Shown here piece after piece: positions 20,466 through 32,627 of a stretch of DNA of 36,938 nucleotides. Under the pieces are notes generated by a model. It worked only from the letters and a program-made list of their open reading frames with translations. It was not told where the DNA came from and did no database searches. Made by a program: the position numbers and the translations under genes. The stretch lies in contig NC_068987.1 of NCBI RefSeq assembly GCF_001194135.2, forward strand, positions 86,750,137 through 86,787,074, given 5' to 3'. Position 1 is the first letter of the stretch; each line of letters starts with the position of its first letter. This stretch comes from Octopus bimaculoides (Eukaryota).

Positions 20466-22224
20466 TTAATTGTTCTTTTGCTTTACCTTACTCATAAACA
20501 TTTCTTTTTTGTTTTGTTTTGTTTTTTTTCTTTTTTTTTTTCTTTTTTTGTATTCATATTGTACGTTTACAACATCAAAAAGTTCTTGTAATTTCTCATA
20601 ACTGTCTGTATTCCTTAACATTATTTAATTCTTAAAATAAATTGAAGATGCCCAGAACCCGCTGTCTTTGGAGTTAAGCAGCTTAAGAAAATAAAATCAT
20701 TCCTATAAGGTGTGAAAACTGGAGTTTTCAAGGACCTCGGGCTCATCGATTTTATTAGAACTAATAAAGAAAGTAAAAGCCATCCAACCTTTAAACATCC
20801 CAAATATGGCTCTTAGCAAAGCATGGTCCTTAAAGCTACATTCCAACAATCGATATTTTCTCGTCTTCTAATGTAATGACCGTCATATTAAAGCTTAGAA
20901 GTACTGATGTGAGGGATAATCTACTTACAGTTCTATCTGCTATATTGAAACACCCAGTGAGATTAAGAACCTGGATAGCCTGTGACATAATTTTTTAATC
21001 AAATAGTCCCATGTCATCGCATAACTGCAGACGATCCTCAACAATGTAGCAGTGTTACTGATGGTCGTCGTTTTTTTCTTTTTCGTTACATTTATTTAGA
21101 TAGAATTGTTGATCTGATGGCTTCGAGAAATTTTAATATTCTGCAGCAGGGTCAACTATTTCTACCAGATTCAAAATAGTATCATTCATCTTTTTAGGTA
21201 TGGCTATCACCAGCAAGTGCCTGCAACAGTTGTTAACTAAAATATAGAAATATATCTTTGCGCAAACCTAGCTATTTTGTACATGCATAGGTTGTATTAT
21301 TTAGTGTTGTAGTTTAGAGAACACGTTTTATCAATGTCATTTCTGTGTTTAGCACAGAAAATGCATTATCATCAGGCGTAAATCTTCCCTTTCCAACTTA
21401 TGAAAAATTATTCAGAAAATGACAAGATAGCTCGCGTCTGCAAAAATATACTATCAAGCACAGATTTCATCAGTTTTTCTTCCGTTTGGAATTATTGGCG
21501 CGCTCTGACGGAAGTCACATAAAAACACTTCCCATTCGAGATCTAATATCACATAAATTCTGTAATAACCTGCCCAGGATTTACGTAATAACCTTTATGA
21601 TAACAGCTTTACACACGCAATAGATTTTTCATTAACGTTTATGCAGATCCAAGAGAAATTTATAAAACTAGAAAATAGTTTGCGATCATGTTTGAAGTGG
21701 TGTGAGGGCCAAGGTTGTTGAAATTTGATTTTATATGCCAGAAATTGTGTTATATTTCTCTCAAAGCATCCAATGATACCTTACTGACCTCAGCATAGCT
21801 ATGTTGAAGGAGGGCGTATCATTTAATTTATTGGCATTTATTATGAGTCTGAGATTCCTCTAAATGTCAGAGAGGGCTGTATTGCTCCGTTTGTCTGTGT
21901 ACCTTATTTCCAGTAAATCCGTTCGAAAACTACCTGAGCCAAAGCTGAACCTTATTGGAATAGTTCACAGCATTTTAACAGCCTAGGGGAAATACATTCT
22001 ATCTCACAAAATCAATTGTTATAGTTGAGAGAATTCATTTTGTTATGTTGCTAGTTTTTAATGTTATGGTTTTTAATGTTATCTAAGCTCATAATTCATC
22101 GCTGAGAATTTTAAATTAACCCAATAAAGCCATTGTGCAACTTTAGGGCACTCATAATTTTATATAATTTACACTAAATATTCAAATGTACCATTATAAA
22201 TTTACGTGTTACCGAATGTCGTCT

Positions 22225-22680
22225 GCAGCGGGAAATTATTCCTCAAGAGCTCGAGGTAGAGTCTATTGACCACCCATACAAGAGAAGGTGATACAGGCAG
22301 TCCTGTAACACCCACCGGGAAATTTCTCTCCCTCTCATCACTGGCAAGATTCTTGTAAGAGTATTCCTTAACCGCGTCACTGAACACATGGAAGACGGGT
22401 ATCTTTCAGTGAGTCAGTGTTTCTTCAAAGAGGACCATGGAAGCGTCGACATGATCTTTGCCTCACGCCAAATTTAGGCACAGTCGATTTACTTGAAAAT
22501 GCAGGTTATTTTGATAAATGTTCATGAGATGTTTCATAGAATGTTTTATAAATAGGGATTCATCCTATCAACTCGCATTTTTAATCTCCAGGATATTGTC
22601 ATACTCGAAAATTTATCCAGTTATTATGTGATAATATGACAACTGTTTTTCAGTCCAACTCGCCGATAGATATCTAAGAG
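22225..22680 (+). mobile_element. Degenerate RTE-clade LINE RT N-terminal fragment
   Basis: IPQELEVESIDHPYKRR*YRQSCNTHREISLPLITGKILVRVFLNRVTEHMEDGYLSVSQCFFKEDHGSVDMIFASRQ, then KFIQLLCDNMTTV; matches the RTE pattern IPQD..DA.I.HLYKRKG.RQ.C.N.RGISLL..GKILAR..LNR...PESQCGFR..RGT.DMIF..RQ. Confidence 0.85.
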
Positions 22681-23765
22681 AACAGACCAAAGCTATTAAC
22701 AATCTTCTGTTGCTGTAGCAGACTCTTACGGGAATTTAAGAGAGAAACTTGGACAGCTTGAGCTTCAAACATTTTCTTCGAGGCCCTTCTCCTTTTAATA
22801 GTGTCAAAACCGTGGAGTGGACCAATACCGCGAGTAGCATTTGGCATAAGTGAATTTAAGGTACGGTAAGAAGTAAATTTGAAAAGGTGAGAGCTCGTGG
22901 CAGCTGCCTAGAGGTATTACACCCAACTTAAATACCAAACCAAGAACAATAAATTAAACATCTTCTTTCATCTGAGATGTGATTAGATTTACCGTTTGTA
23001 TTGTAATGTAAATAATATAAATATAAATGATAATTGATTTTTGATTCATAATTCATGTGGTGATTCAACTTTACAATATGTCTGAAGAGAAGTTTTCTCA
23101 AATTAAATCATTCGGAAGCAACATAAGGGGAGTTACATTTCCGACTGATGCGCAGCCTGAAACAAAACGTAATGAAAGTAGTGAATCGGAGATTCAAATA
23201 ATAAACATTATATTGCGACGAAAACTACTGTCAATCACTGGATGGGGTAACATTGTTCAACTGAACGAAATGTAGAGTCTGTAAAGAATAAATTATTTCA
23301 TTCAGCAAACAAAGAAATTCAGGCATGAATAGATATTTTCTTTGTGGATGTACGAGTATGTGTAAAACAAGTGAGAGATGACTTAAAGGTTTATAGACGT
23401 CCGGCTGAGATTTTGAAATACGAAGATTAGGTGTTTGAGGCGACAAAAGAAAGAAACCGATTACATAAATTATTCTGCTACGCGTTGATCTAAAATTGAA
23501 TTCATATTTCCTTGTATCTCTCACTGTGACCGGTGCACTGGCGTGTCCGTGCACGTGTGTGCTTGTATGTATGTGAGACTGAGAGACATTGTTTTATCGT
23601 ATCAGTTTTTGTATGTGTGCATCACCTAGGAAATATATAGAAGTTGACATTGATATACAAGCTGAAAACATTGGAAATAACCATTCAACAGTATTTATTA
23701 ATGTATTCGACAACAATTTTGCCACTTTTCATTCCTTTTCTTTGTCTGTTTCTCATATATACGTA

Positions 23766-23767
<2 letters not shown>

Positions 23768-23827
<60 letters not shown>

Positions 23828-24025
23828 GCATATATACATATACATATATATATATATACATATATACATATATACATGGGTGTGTATGTTTGTATGTATT
23901 TTTGTATGTATATATAATTATATATATATATACACATATGTATTATATATATATATATATACATATACATATACATACATATAAATATGTATATATATAT
24001 ACATATACACACATATACATATATA

Positions 24026-24116
<91 letters not shown>

Positions 24117-24135
24117 TGTGTAAGTGTGTACGTGC
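23768..24135. repeat. Long (AT)n, degenerate AT/AC and (GT)n block
   Basis: Directly visible. Confidence 0.95.
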
Positions 24136-24587
24136 GTGCGCCTGTCTCAATATTCATCTATGTATGCTTGCATGCGTTTATGCATATAAGCTTGTATAAA
24201 TGATAAATCTATTAGCTACATTATTGCATTTTCTATGTTACAAGTTTTGCGTTTCGTGATAAACATAGTTAATTCCTTACCAAAAATACGTCTGAAAGCA
24301 GACTTAGGGAAAACGGAAATATTAAATCCGTTGTGAAACAAATTCTGATAGCAGAATTTATTTAGTCTTGTAGTCGCGGGAAAACTAATCAACTGTCCTA
24401 TTATGGATTTCAATGATAGCATCAGATTCGGTTGGAAATTTGGAAATTATCACCACACATTTATGGAAATTTACGTATTGCTGAATATTCCATGACCATT
24501 ACATAGAAATTCTTTATTGGTATCCAAACAAATACTTCTCTCGTCAGATATTTTGTCATTATTCCTAAATGTTTATTTAACTATCAA

Positions 24588-24735
24588 TTGTGTGTGCGTG
24601 TGTGTGTATCTGTGCGTGTGTGTGTATTTGTGCGTGTGTCTGTATCTGTGCGTGTGTGTGTGTGTATCTGTTCGTATGTGTGTGTTCGTGCGTGTTTGTA
24701 TGTAAGGGTGTCTGTGTGTGTGTCTTTGTGTGTGA
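24588..24735. repeat. GT-derived higher-order repeat (about 16-mer TGTGTGTATCTGTGCG)
   Basis: Four or more units visible from 24600. Confidence 0.8.
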
Positions 24736-25749
24736 TGCTTTGATCGATATTTCGCGTTTGCATCGTAAATATCCATGATGTATTTCCTGAACAAATAGGC
24801 TTGGTTGGAAATAGTAAAACGATATGTCTAGAATCATTGGTCATAACATGAATAAATATACCGATGCTTATGTATGTCTAAGTATTGCTATTCGACAATA
24901 ATAACATGCGACATCCTATGAAAAACTCATAATTAACTGCAGATATATTCAAAGAAATATCCAAGAACATAAAATAGATTTCTGCCAATTCCAAAATGTA
25001 TGGTAGCCTGTTTTCCTTTACCATTTAAGAGAGTAACAAGCGAAAGTGTGCAGATGTATTAGGAATTATACTGGCTCTAACGAGTTGAGGACAGCGTAAT
25101 AGTAATTTAAAAGGGATTAGAGAGTACGACTATGGAGAATAGGTTGGAGTGTGTTGTTGAAGGACGTCATGCAAATCAGTTGAATGAATTTTCTTATGAG
25201 ATCTATGATCTATATATGTTATATATGTGTAGTAACAGTAGTGCCCTGGAAGTGGGCGAGGAATTCCATAGCTAAGTTTAAATGAATTTTGTATAGATTT
25301 AATAAGTAGCGGAAGACAATATATTTCCAGCAACTAAAGGAAACAAATCAGTAAAAAATAATTTCGAAGGTTGTGGACATGGGATCGCCAGAAAGAAAAG
25401 GAATGGTGGTGACGTCTAAAGTTATTTATACATTAGTTTTCGTGCTTCTCTGTTACATGTATTTATAGTATTTTTGTGAATATCATAAGTAGAGTCTTTT
25501 ATTACTAAATCAGCAACATTGATTTCTGTTGCCGTGTTTTTTTGTACTCAGTTTTTATTTGTTGTAAATGTTATCGTAATACGTTGCTAATTTCCCTTCC
25601 TCGTGGTTTATGTTATTTGTGTGTATGTATATTTACTGTCTGTTGTACTTTCCCTTGGAACCCAATTTCTAGTTATATATGAATCTGCGCCTAATATTTT
25701 GGGATTCTTCATATGCAAATGATCATTGATTGCCTCCACATTTCCTTTC

Positions 25750-26300
25750 TATCCTAGTACTTTTATGTCTAACTCGTTAGCTGAAAGATGCAGCGCCAAA
25801 ATGAAAGAAAACATTACTGGAAATGTGTAATATGTTTGGATATCTCTTCCCACAAATATGGGATTTTTCTTTATACTGTCATATCTGCGCCTGCATTTTC
25901 TTCTAATTATTCATTAAATGTTCAATTTAGCAAGCTATTATTTGTGCTACCGACACACAACGTGGCGTATTCGCCTGTATGTTTGATACATCCTCTCAAA
26001 ACCTTTCTGCCAATCAATTCATGACATATTGCGTCCAATCTTACTCTTCTACTGATTTACATCATCGTTTTGCCCATCAACAATTGATATCTATCGTATG
26101 ATGTTTTTCCAGAAACTATGGTTGGTGAAAGGATTCTTATGCCTATGGATTTCTTAGGCTTTGAAATTTCTTTAAGGGGATTAATTTGGTTTCTGTCTTT
26201 ACAAGACGCTCAGATGTTGCTTCTACTTGTTTTGTGAGTTCATACATGTTGTGAGTTTATACATATTGTTTGCCATGAATGTATTCGTGTATTCACTTCC
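25750..26300 (-). mobile_element. Possible highly decayed Penelope-like ORF remnant
   Basis: A-rich minus strand with faint RRR.MTV and SKHI motifs in GIY-YIG-like order; weak. Confidence 0.2.
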
Positions 26301-26923
26301 TGGTGTATTCTTTCTTATCCGTGAAGATGCCCTCACTTCGTAGTTACCCATATAAACGCTATGCACCTCTTTCCTTTGTCCATGTATTGTTCTCAATTAC
26401 ATTTACGTATAGAGAAAAAAAGAACACTCGCGGACTGGAACTGAACCGTTTGTTTGTTGAGAGAATCTATTATAGATTTCCATACCGCCAGAATCTTTTC
26501 TATGTAGCAAAGATTTACTTCTGCAGATTTATTTCTTCAGATCTCTTGATTTCGAGCAAATGTATTTTTGGTAATTTTTTTTTTTTTTTTCNNNNNNNNN
26601 NTATTTTTGGTAATTTTTTTTTTTTTTTCATTTATTTCACATCGTTTACCACTTCTCGTATCGTTGATGGTTTCATTAACGATGGAGTAATCTCACCTTT
26701 CAGTATTCCAATGTACTCTGGAGGATGAATATATATAGCCTCTGCTTCTATGCTTATAGTATTTTGTTTATCCTATTGATACTGATGTTCACGTCTAATT
26801 TCATTAACAAAACGTTAACCACTTTCGCCCTTTGTATACGGTGCGCTATTTTATATCTACTACTTATTTTTGAAGATAATTCCGTTAATTTAGAGAAATA
26901 TCTTCGCTCTTAATATGTAAATA

Positions 26924-27260
26924 GAACCACAAGGAGCAGTCCCTTGTTGTGGTCTGGTGGCTTGTGTACCTCAGTGACTCCTGTGAATTACGCCAGCAAT
27001 GTGGAAACTCTTGGTAGAGGTGAACGGTTTTGCGTAAGACTAACATGGAAAAAGTAAAGTTACAGATGTATTAGTGATAATTCAAAATCAACAAGACCTG
27101 ATAGAGGAAAGCCTTGCCACGGGGAAACATACGACGCAGCGCAACAAAATCCAAAAGGAGGCATGAATCCAAGAGGAGAGAAGCAGGAAAGACAGCTCTG
27201 ATTTGAGTACAGCTTAGCAAAGTCGTTGGTGGCATATTCTGTACAGGGAGCGAAAGGCTG
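26924..27260 (+). mobile_element. Probable 5' UTR of an RTE-clade LINE
   Basis: CCTTGTTGTGGTCTGGTGGCTTGTGTACCTCAGTGACTCC..TACGCCAGC resembles the RTE 5' motif CCTTGTCGTGGT..GGGCTTG..TGCCTC..TGACCC as I recall it. Confidence 0.4.
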
Positions 27261-27295
27261 AAGTAAATAACCTTTAAATATACACATGACCATAT

Positions 27296-27340
27296 TTACG
27301 TGTTTCAGTATAGAGGCTGCTGCCATGCTGGGGTACTGCA
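27296..27340 (-). mobile_element. Short decayed 3' remnant of SINE family B
   Basis: TGTTTCAGTATAGAGGCTGCTGCCATGCTGGGG vs TGTTTCAGTCATTTGACTGCGGCCATGCTGGAG. Confidence 0.5.
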
Positions 27341-27716
27341 AGCATATATAATTTGTTCTTAAATGGACTACAATGGTTACAGTCTATCCGATCCTTGAGA
27401 GATTTTTATGATTTTCTACGCCATATCACGGAACTCTTCGTCAATGTAAAGAAAATATTCGACACAGTGGTAGTCAATATTATGGCCATGAAATACTTAT
27501 TGGTAACTATTTGAAATTGTACCATTTTTGTGACAAAATCTATTTTTAGTTTACTGTAAAATAACTTTATCTAGGAACTGGAGGAAGTGTCATCCTGGGC
27601 TAAATAGCAGTATCATCTGTTCTTAAAGAGCACCCACGTTTAAGTAGTGATGAACATCACTTCTCAGTTTAAATACTGTTTCCATCGGCAATAGAGATTT
27701 TCTTAGTGAACTAGCT

Positions 27717-27885
27717 TGATATATATATGTATATATATATATATATATAAAGAGAGACAGGTAAGAGAGGTAGGGAGGAGGCAGAAAGAAAGAGTGCAAG
27801 GGAGAAAGAGAGACAGATACATACATACACACATACAAACGTGAGTGTGTGTGTGTTTGTGTGCGCGTGTGTAAGTGTATGCGTG
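27717..27885. repeat. AT/GA/GT microsatellite block
   Basis: Directly visible. Confidence 0.88.
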
Positions 27886-30233
27886 TCGATAGAAGTGCAA
27901 ATTGCCAACTGAACATATTTAATCAAGAGGTGCGTTTCGCCATCTTGTCACTATGGACTCACTTTATGAATGTACGCTTAACGAATATGTCACTAAGCAA
28001 TACATCTATGGAACTCTTGAATGAATTTATCAAACACAATAATATTTGAAAGTTATATCATATAACCAAATTCTCAACATAAAAACAAAATGATATTCCT
28101 CGTAATTTTACAACCATCATGGATTAATATATCTGCTAAAGTATTATCACTGAAGCCTTGACTGCTTCATTGCACTACGACATTTCGGAGTGTTTGTCGC
28201 ATGAATTTTTACTTTGTGAAATATATTATGCTAGATGCACATATTCGTAAGACATGGATTGACAATTGTTCCTTTTCAGTATGAGAATACTTAATGAAGC
28301 AAATATAAGCTTGTGACAACGTAATAATTTTATTTTCACTCTACACATGAAAAGCGAAGCGCAGCCTTTCCGCAAAAGTAAACCATTCATAACAACAGCA
28401 ACGACGGTAACGTAGGAGACATTTATTGGACATTGGTTTTGTTACGATATGTTGCATATTTTAGTTTATGTGCATTTCTAATATTTCAAAGGAATCTTTC
28501 AGATATAATTTCTGAGTTGTGAAATTCTTTTAAGTTGCCAGAAAACTACTTGACTTTGAATTCTGTTGCAATAGTTTAGATATTTATTACCGCTATACTT
28601 CCGAATGCATGAATAGCCAATAATATATATTTTACAGCGCTTCATTTATATATTGGGCATAAAATACCTTCCACTTTATGCCGAAGAGAAATAGCGTTAA
28701 GCTAAAAAGTAATAAATTCCTGGAATAACCACCTCGAACTAACTAACACCTGTCTTTTTGTGAATATGCTTTCGATAACAAGCTTTTATCGAGGGAAATC
28801 TAATAAAATGATTTCCTTACCCATAAACAAAGGAGTATATGATAATATAAATTCAGCTAGAACAATAATTTCTCGAAGTTAAAAAATTATACGTTTCAAT
28901 TAAGGGTACTTTCCTGGTATTTGCTACCATCATTACAATTATATTTATTTCTAGTGTCTTGACTCACTTGCTAGGAAGAATGGGGGAAAAATAATAAATT
29001 CTCGCCGGAAAATAATGCCAAAATTGTTTAACAGTTCTAAGAGTGTACTACAATTTAAATTTAAATTTAGTTTGTAACTTTGAAATGACGTCACTAATTG
29101 CAACATCTAGGCAGTATATATATCTACACATTTGTATGTGTGTATGTGTGTGTGTTCCTCAGTGTGTGACTTTGAATGTCCAAACAAGAAACTGACTATG
29201 TGACGCATAGGCTTTCATATGTGAAATATGGATGCATATGAGTAATAAAGATGTCATGGAGAAAATATTGTTTCCGAGGGAACCCAGTGAAATAACTGAA
29301 ATATTAAGGTAGAATTGAATGAAATGCAGTTCAATTTATATATAATTAATAGAAAGGGAAAATTGTGTAACGGAAAGGGAAAACTAGGGCCTGGGTTAAG
29401 AAATGAGGATGGAAACAGCGAAAAAGTGTGGAATATGTGAAAAGATTTTGAGATTAAGAATCTGAAGGAAGTATAAAACTTTGAGGGAGAAAGTAGCATG
29501 GAAATAATTTTATGCTTACTCAAATGATATATATATATATACATATATATNNNNNNNNNNNNNNNNNNNNNNNNNNNNNNNNNNNNNNNNNNNNNNNNNN
29601 NNNNNNNNNNNNNNNNNNNNNNNNNNNNNNNNNNNNNNNNNNNNNNNNNNNNNNNNNNNNNNNNNNNNNNNNNNNNNNNNNNNNNNNNNNNNNNNNNNNN
29701 NNNNNNNNNNNNNNNNNNNNNNNNNNNNNNNNNNNNNNNNNNNNNNNNNNNNNNNNNNNNNNNNNNNNNNNNNNNNNNNNNNNNNNNNNNNNNNNNNNNN
29801 NNNNNNNNNNNNNNNNNNNNNNNNNNNNNNNNNNNNNNNNNNNNNNNNNNNNNNNNNNNNNNNNNNNNNNNNNNNNNNNNNNNNNNNNNNNNNNNNNNNN
29901 NNNNNNNNNNNNNNNNNNNNNNNNNNNNNNNNNNNNNNNNNNNNNNNNNNNNNNNNNNNNNNNNNNNNNNNNNNNNNNNNNNNNNNNNNNNNNNNNNNNN
30001 NNNNNNNNNNNNNNNNNNNNNNNNNNNNNNNNNNNNNNNNNNNNNNNNNNNNNNNNNNNNNNNNNNNNNNNNNNNNNNNNNNNNNNNNNNNNNNNNNNNN
30101 NNNNNNNNNNNNNNNNNNNNNNNNNNNNNNNNNNNNNNNNNNNNNNNNNNNNNNNNNNNNNNNNNNNNNNNNNNNNNNNNNNNNNNNNNNNNNNNNNNNN
30201 NNNNNNNNNNNNNNNNNNNNNNNNNNNNNNNNN

Positions 30234-30376
30234 TCACCACCCCCGATCCCAGCCGGAGCCTCGTAGAGTTGTAGGTGTTTCTCCTCAATAAACACTCGCA
30301 ACACCCGGTCTGGGAAGCGAAACCGCGATCTTATGACCGCAAGTACGCTGCCCTCACTACTGGGCCATTACGTCTC
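30234..30376 (-). mobile_element. 5' part of tRNA-derived SINE family C (cut by gap)
   Basis: Minus GAGACGTAATGGCCCAGTAGTGAGGGCAGCGTACTTGCGGTCATAAGATCGCGGTTTCGCTTCCCAGACCGGG; homologous to 36540-36658. Confidence 0.88.
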
Positions 30377-30911
30377 TGCGCACGCGCGCACACTCATACA
30401 CACACATATATACTTTTCTCGCTGGATTTAGTTTTAGTTTCCCTGTTTGTCTTCTACAATTTCAGTTTGGCGTCTTCTATATATATGAAAAATGTTTTTC
30501 CGTCTGGCTGTTTTTCTCTCTACAAAACGTAAAGTTGCATTATGGAACAGTCATTTTAACGAGGCAGAGAAAAGTGAAAGGATGTGAATCAGGTCAGAAT
30601 AAACGAAGGAAAAAGATGTTGAAAATAGCTGAGTGGAATATATCTCTTCGTTTGTTTTGAATACTAAAATGGCATTCTGTATTCCATTCGATCACATCAT
30701 AGCAATCAGACGAATGAGCCCGCACATGAATACTCATTTGATATTGTAGAAAAAAAATCAAAATCTTTCGCAAATCACAGGTATCTGTTCTGGTTGAGTA
30801 TATTCAACCACCATAAGAGAAATAATATTTATCTTTAGCCCAAGATCACATAAGGTCACTAACCTGGCTTCCCTGACGTAAACATGACTGAGATCGTAAT
30901 ATTCCCCCAAA

Positions 30912-31074
30912 ACCGCCGGGCGAAATGCTTAGCGGTATTTCACCGAGGTCGATTTTGCCTTTCATTCTTTCGGAATCGATAAATTAAGTACCAGTCGCGT
31001 ACTGAGGTTGATCTAATCGATTGGTCCCCTCCCAAAAAATTTCGGGCCTTGTGCCTACAGTAGAATAGAATATT
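30912..31074 (+). mobile_element. SINE family A with B-box region deleted
   Basis: GCCGGGCGAAATGCTTAGCGGTATTTC joined directly to ACCGAGGTCGATTTTGCC; tail TTCGGGCCTTGTGCCTACAGTAGAA. Confidence 0.88.
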
Positions 31075-31103
31075 CTCCCTTAACGGAAGACCAGTCCATT
31101 ACA

Positions 31104-31285
31104 GGATTCAACGCCAAGAATTTTCGAGGGAGAGGAATCGATTAATTGATCCTAACACTTAAGTAGTTCATTATTTTATTGACCCAGAGGAGAAAACGAG
31201 TCAACCATAGCGGGATGTGAACACAGGACGTAAAAATCCAAAAGACATGCCTGTATATCGTCCGACGTTCTAATGACTCTGTCAA
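31104..31285 (-). mobile_element. Old, diverged SINE family A copy
   Basis: Minus TTGACAGAGTCATTAGAACGTCGGACG...GTCCTGTGTTCACATCCCGCTATGGTTGAC...AATCGATTCCTCTCCC. Confidence 0.65.
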
Positions 31286-31794
31286 AGTTGCAGTCATCTA
31301 AAACGATATACTCGTAACGTATTCATTTATTTATTGTTTAGTTGAATAAGGATTCACCTAATACGAAACAACGCCATCGAAAACAAAACAACAATATCAA
31401 TACAAAAGCAATAAGTAAGCAGCAACCATCTATACTTAAATGAATATATTTCGTTTGATTGCGAATATGGTCTCAGTTTAGTGGCTGAAAGAGTATTAGT
31501 TCCATAGCTTCTAAATGTTGGAGTTTGTCCAGAGTGAAATTGTTCAAACACCATTGTCTTTATTCTTCAATGTGCAGTGCCACTGATCTTTATGCCATTA
31601 AATCTAGAACATAGTGTTCATTACAAGATGCATATGGTGATTTACAATGTATTCCACTTCAAACATCTTACGAACAAATATTAGATTGCAGGTGCGTAAC
31701 TAATTCAATGATCAGTGATTAGCAATGAATCGTTTATAGGATAATTACTGTATCTGTTAAAAGATGTACGCACCCGCGCATACATACATATGTG

Positions 31795-31796
31795 TT

Positions 31797-31848
<52 letters not shown>

Positions 31849-31940
31849 NNNNNNNNNNNNNNNNNNNNNNNNNNNNNNNNNNNNNNNNNNNNNNNNNNNN
31901 NNNNNNNNNNNNNNNNNNNNNNNNNNNNNNNNNNNNNNNN

Positions 31941-31995
<55 letters not shown>

Positions 31996-32030
31996 AGAGA
32001 GGGATGTGCGATCGCGTGCGCGTGTATGTG
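31795..32030. repeat. (AT)n and (GA)n around an N-gap
   Basis: Directly visible. Confidence 0.93.
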
Positions 32031-32034
32031 TGAA

Positions 32035-32225
32035 GGTACGAGTTTCGATTCCTAGAACGGTTGAAGCGTTGTACAATTCAGCGAAAAACATGTTAATTCC
32101 CGTTAATTTAGTCCACTGAGATGCAAATGAGTTCCAGCAGAGGTTGACTTCTGTTCAAGGGGCAAAATGTTGGAATTCTTGTTACATCCAGTTCATGGAA
32201 TGCGGGTCCATTCTGAGTCCTAAGA
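32035..32225 (+). mobile_element. Very decayed tRNA-headed SINE-like sequence
   Basis: GAGTTTCGATTCCTAGAACGG...GCGAAAAACA resembles the family C head; the body (AGTCCACTGAG...AAATGAGT) differs. Confidence 0.35.
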
Positions 32226-32519
32226 CCCCAGTGCATACATACATAAATACATACATACAAGCATATGTGTGCATGTATATGTGTGCATATATATACATAT
32301 ATACATACACATTTATACATATATATTCTGTGGTGTTGTCACTACATGAATAAATGGAACTTGTACGAAACCTACGTACTGCTATAACCTATTGAATCTT
32401 TGTTGCTTATCTTCAAATTTTATTCACAAAATCTCTTGATTTGTTTTTGGTTTTTACCCTACCAAATGCTGGTGCCTCAAACATTTTAAGTACCACATTT
32501 AATCTTTTGATTAAATCTA

Positions 32520-32549
32520 TATTATATATATAGATAGATAGATATATAC

Positions 32550-32627
<78 letters not shown>
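32520..32627. repeat. GATA/CA/AT microsatellite
   Basis: Directly visible. Confidence 0.92.

Noticed and set aside
21495-21520. GGCGCGCTCTGACGGAAGTCAC (ETS/CRE-like motifs); similar ACTTCCGG near 35846
   Set aside because: Short motifs with no supporting gene structure
23057-23275. 72-aa plus ORF MVIQLYNMSEEKF...
   Set aside because: No recognisable domain or convincing splice boundaries; length is within chance expectation
24281-24344. Minus segment CAG|AATTTG...TTTG|GTAAGG encoding NLFHNGFNISVFPKSAFRRIF, vaguely LRR-like
   Set aside because: Spacing does not fit the LRR consensus, and such splice-like motifs are frequent by chance in AT-rich DNA
26562-26630. Direct repeat TATTTTTGGTAATTTTTTTTTTTTTTC on both sides of a 10-N gap
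   Set aside because: Typical contig-overlap assembly artefact at a homopolymer
30300-30376. tRNA-like sequences here and at 36580-36658, 5341-5413 and 19545-19607
   Set aside because: They are SINE heads continuing into SINE bodies, with no intact cloverleaf or acceptor stem
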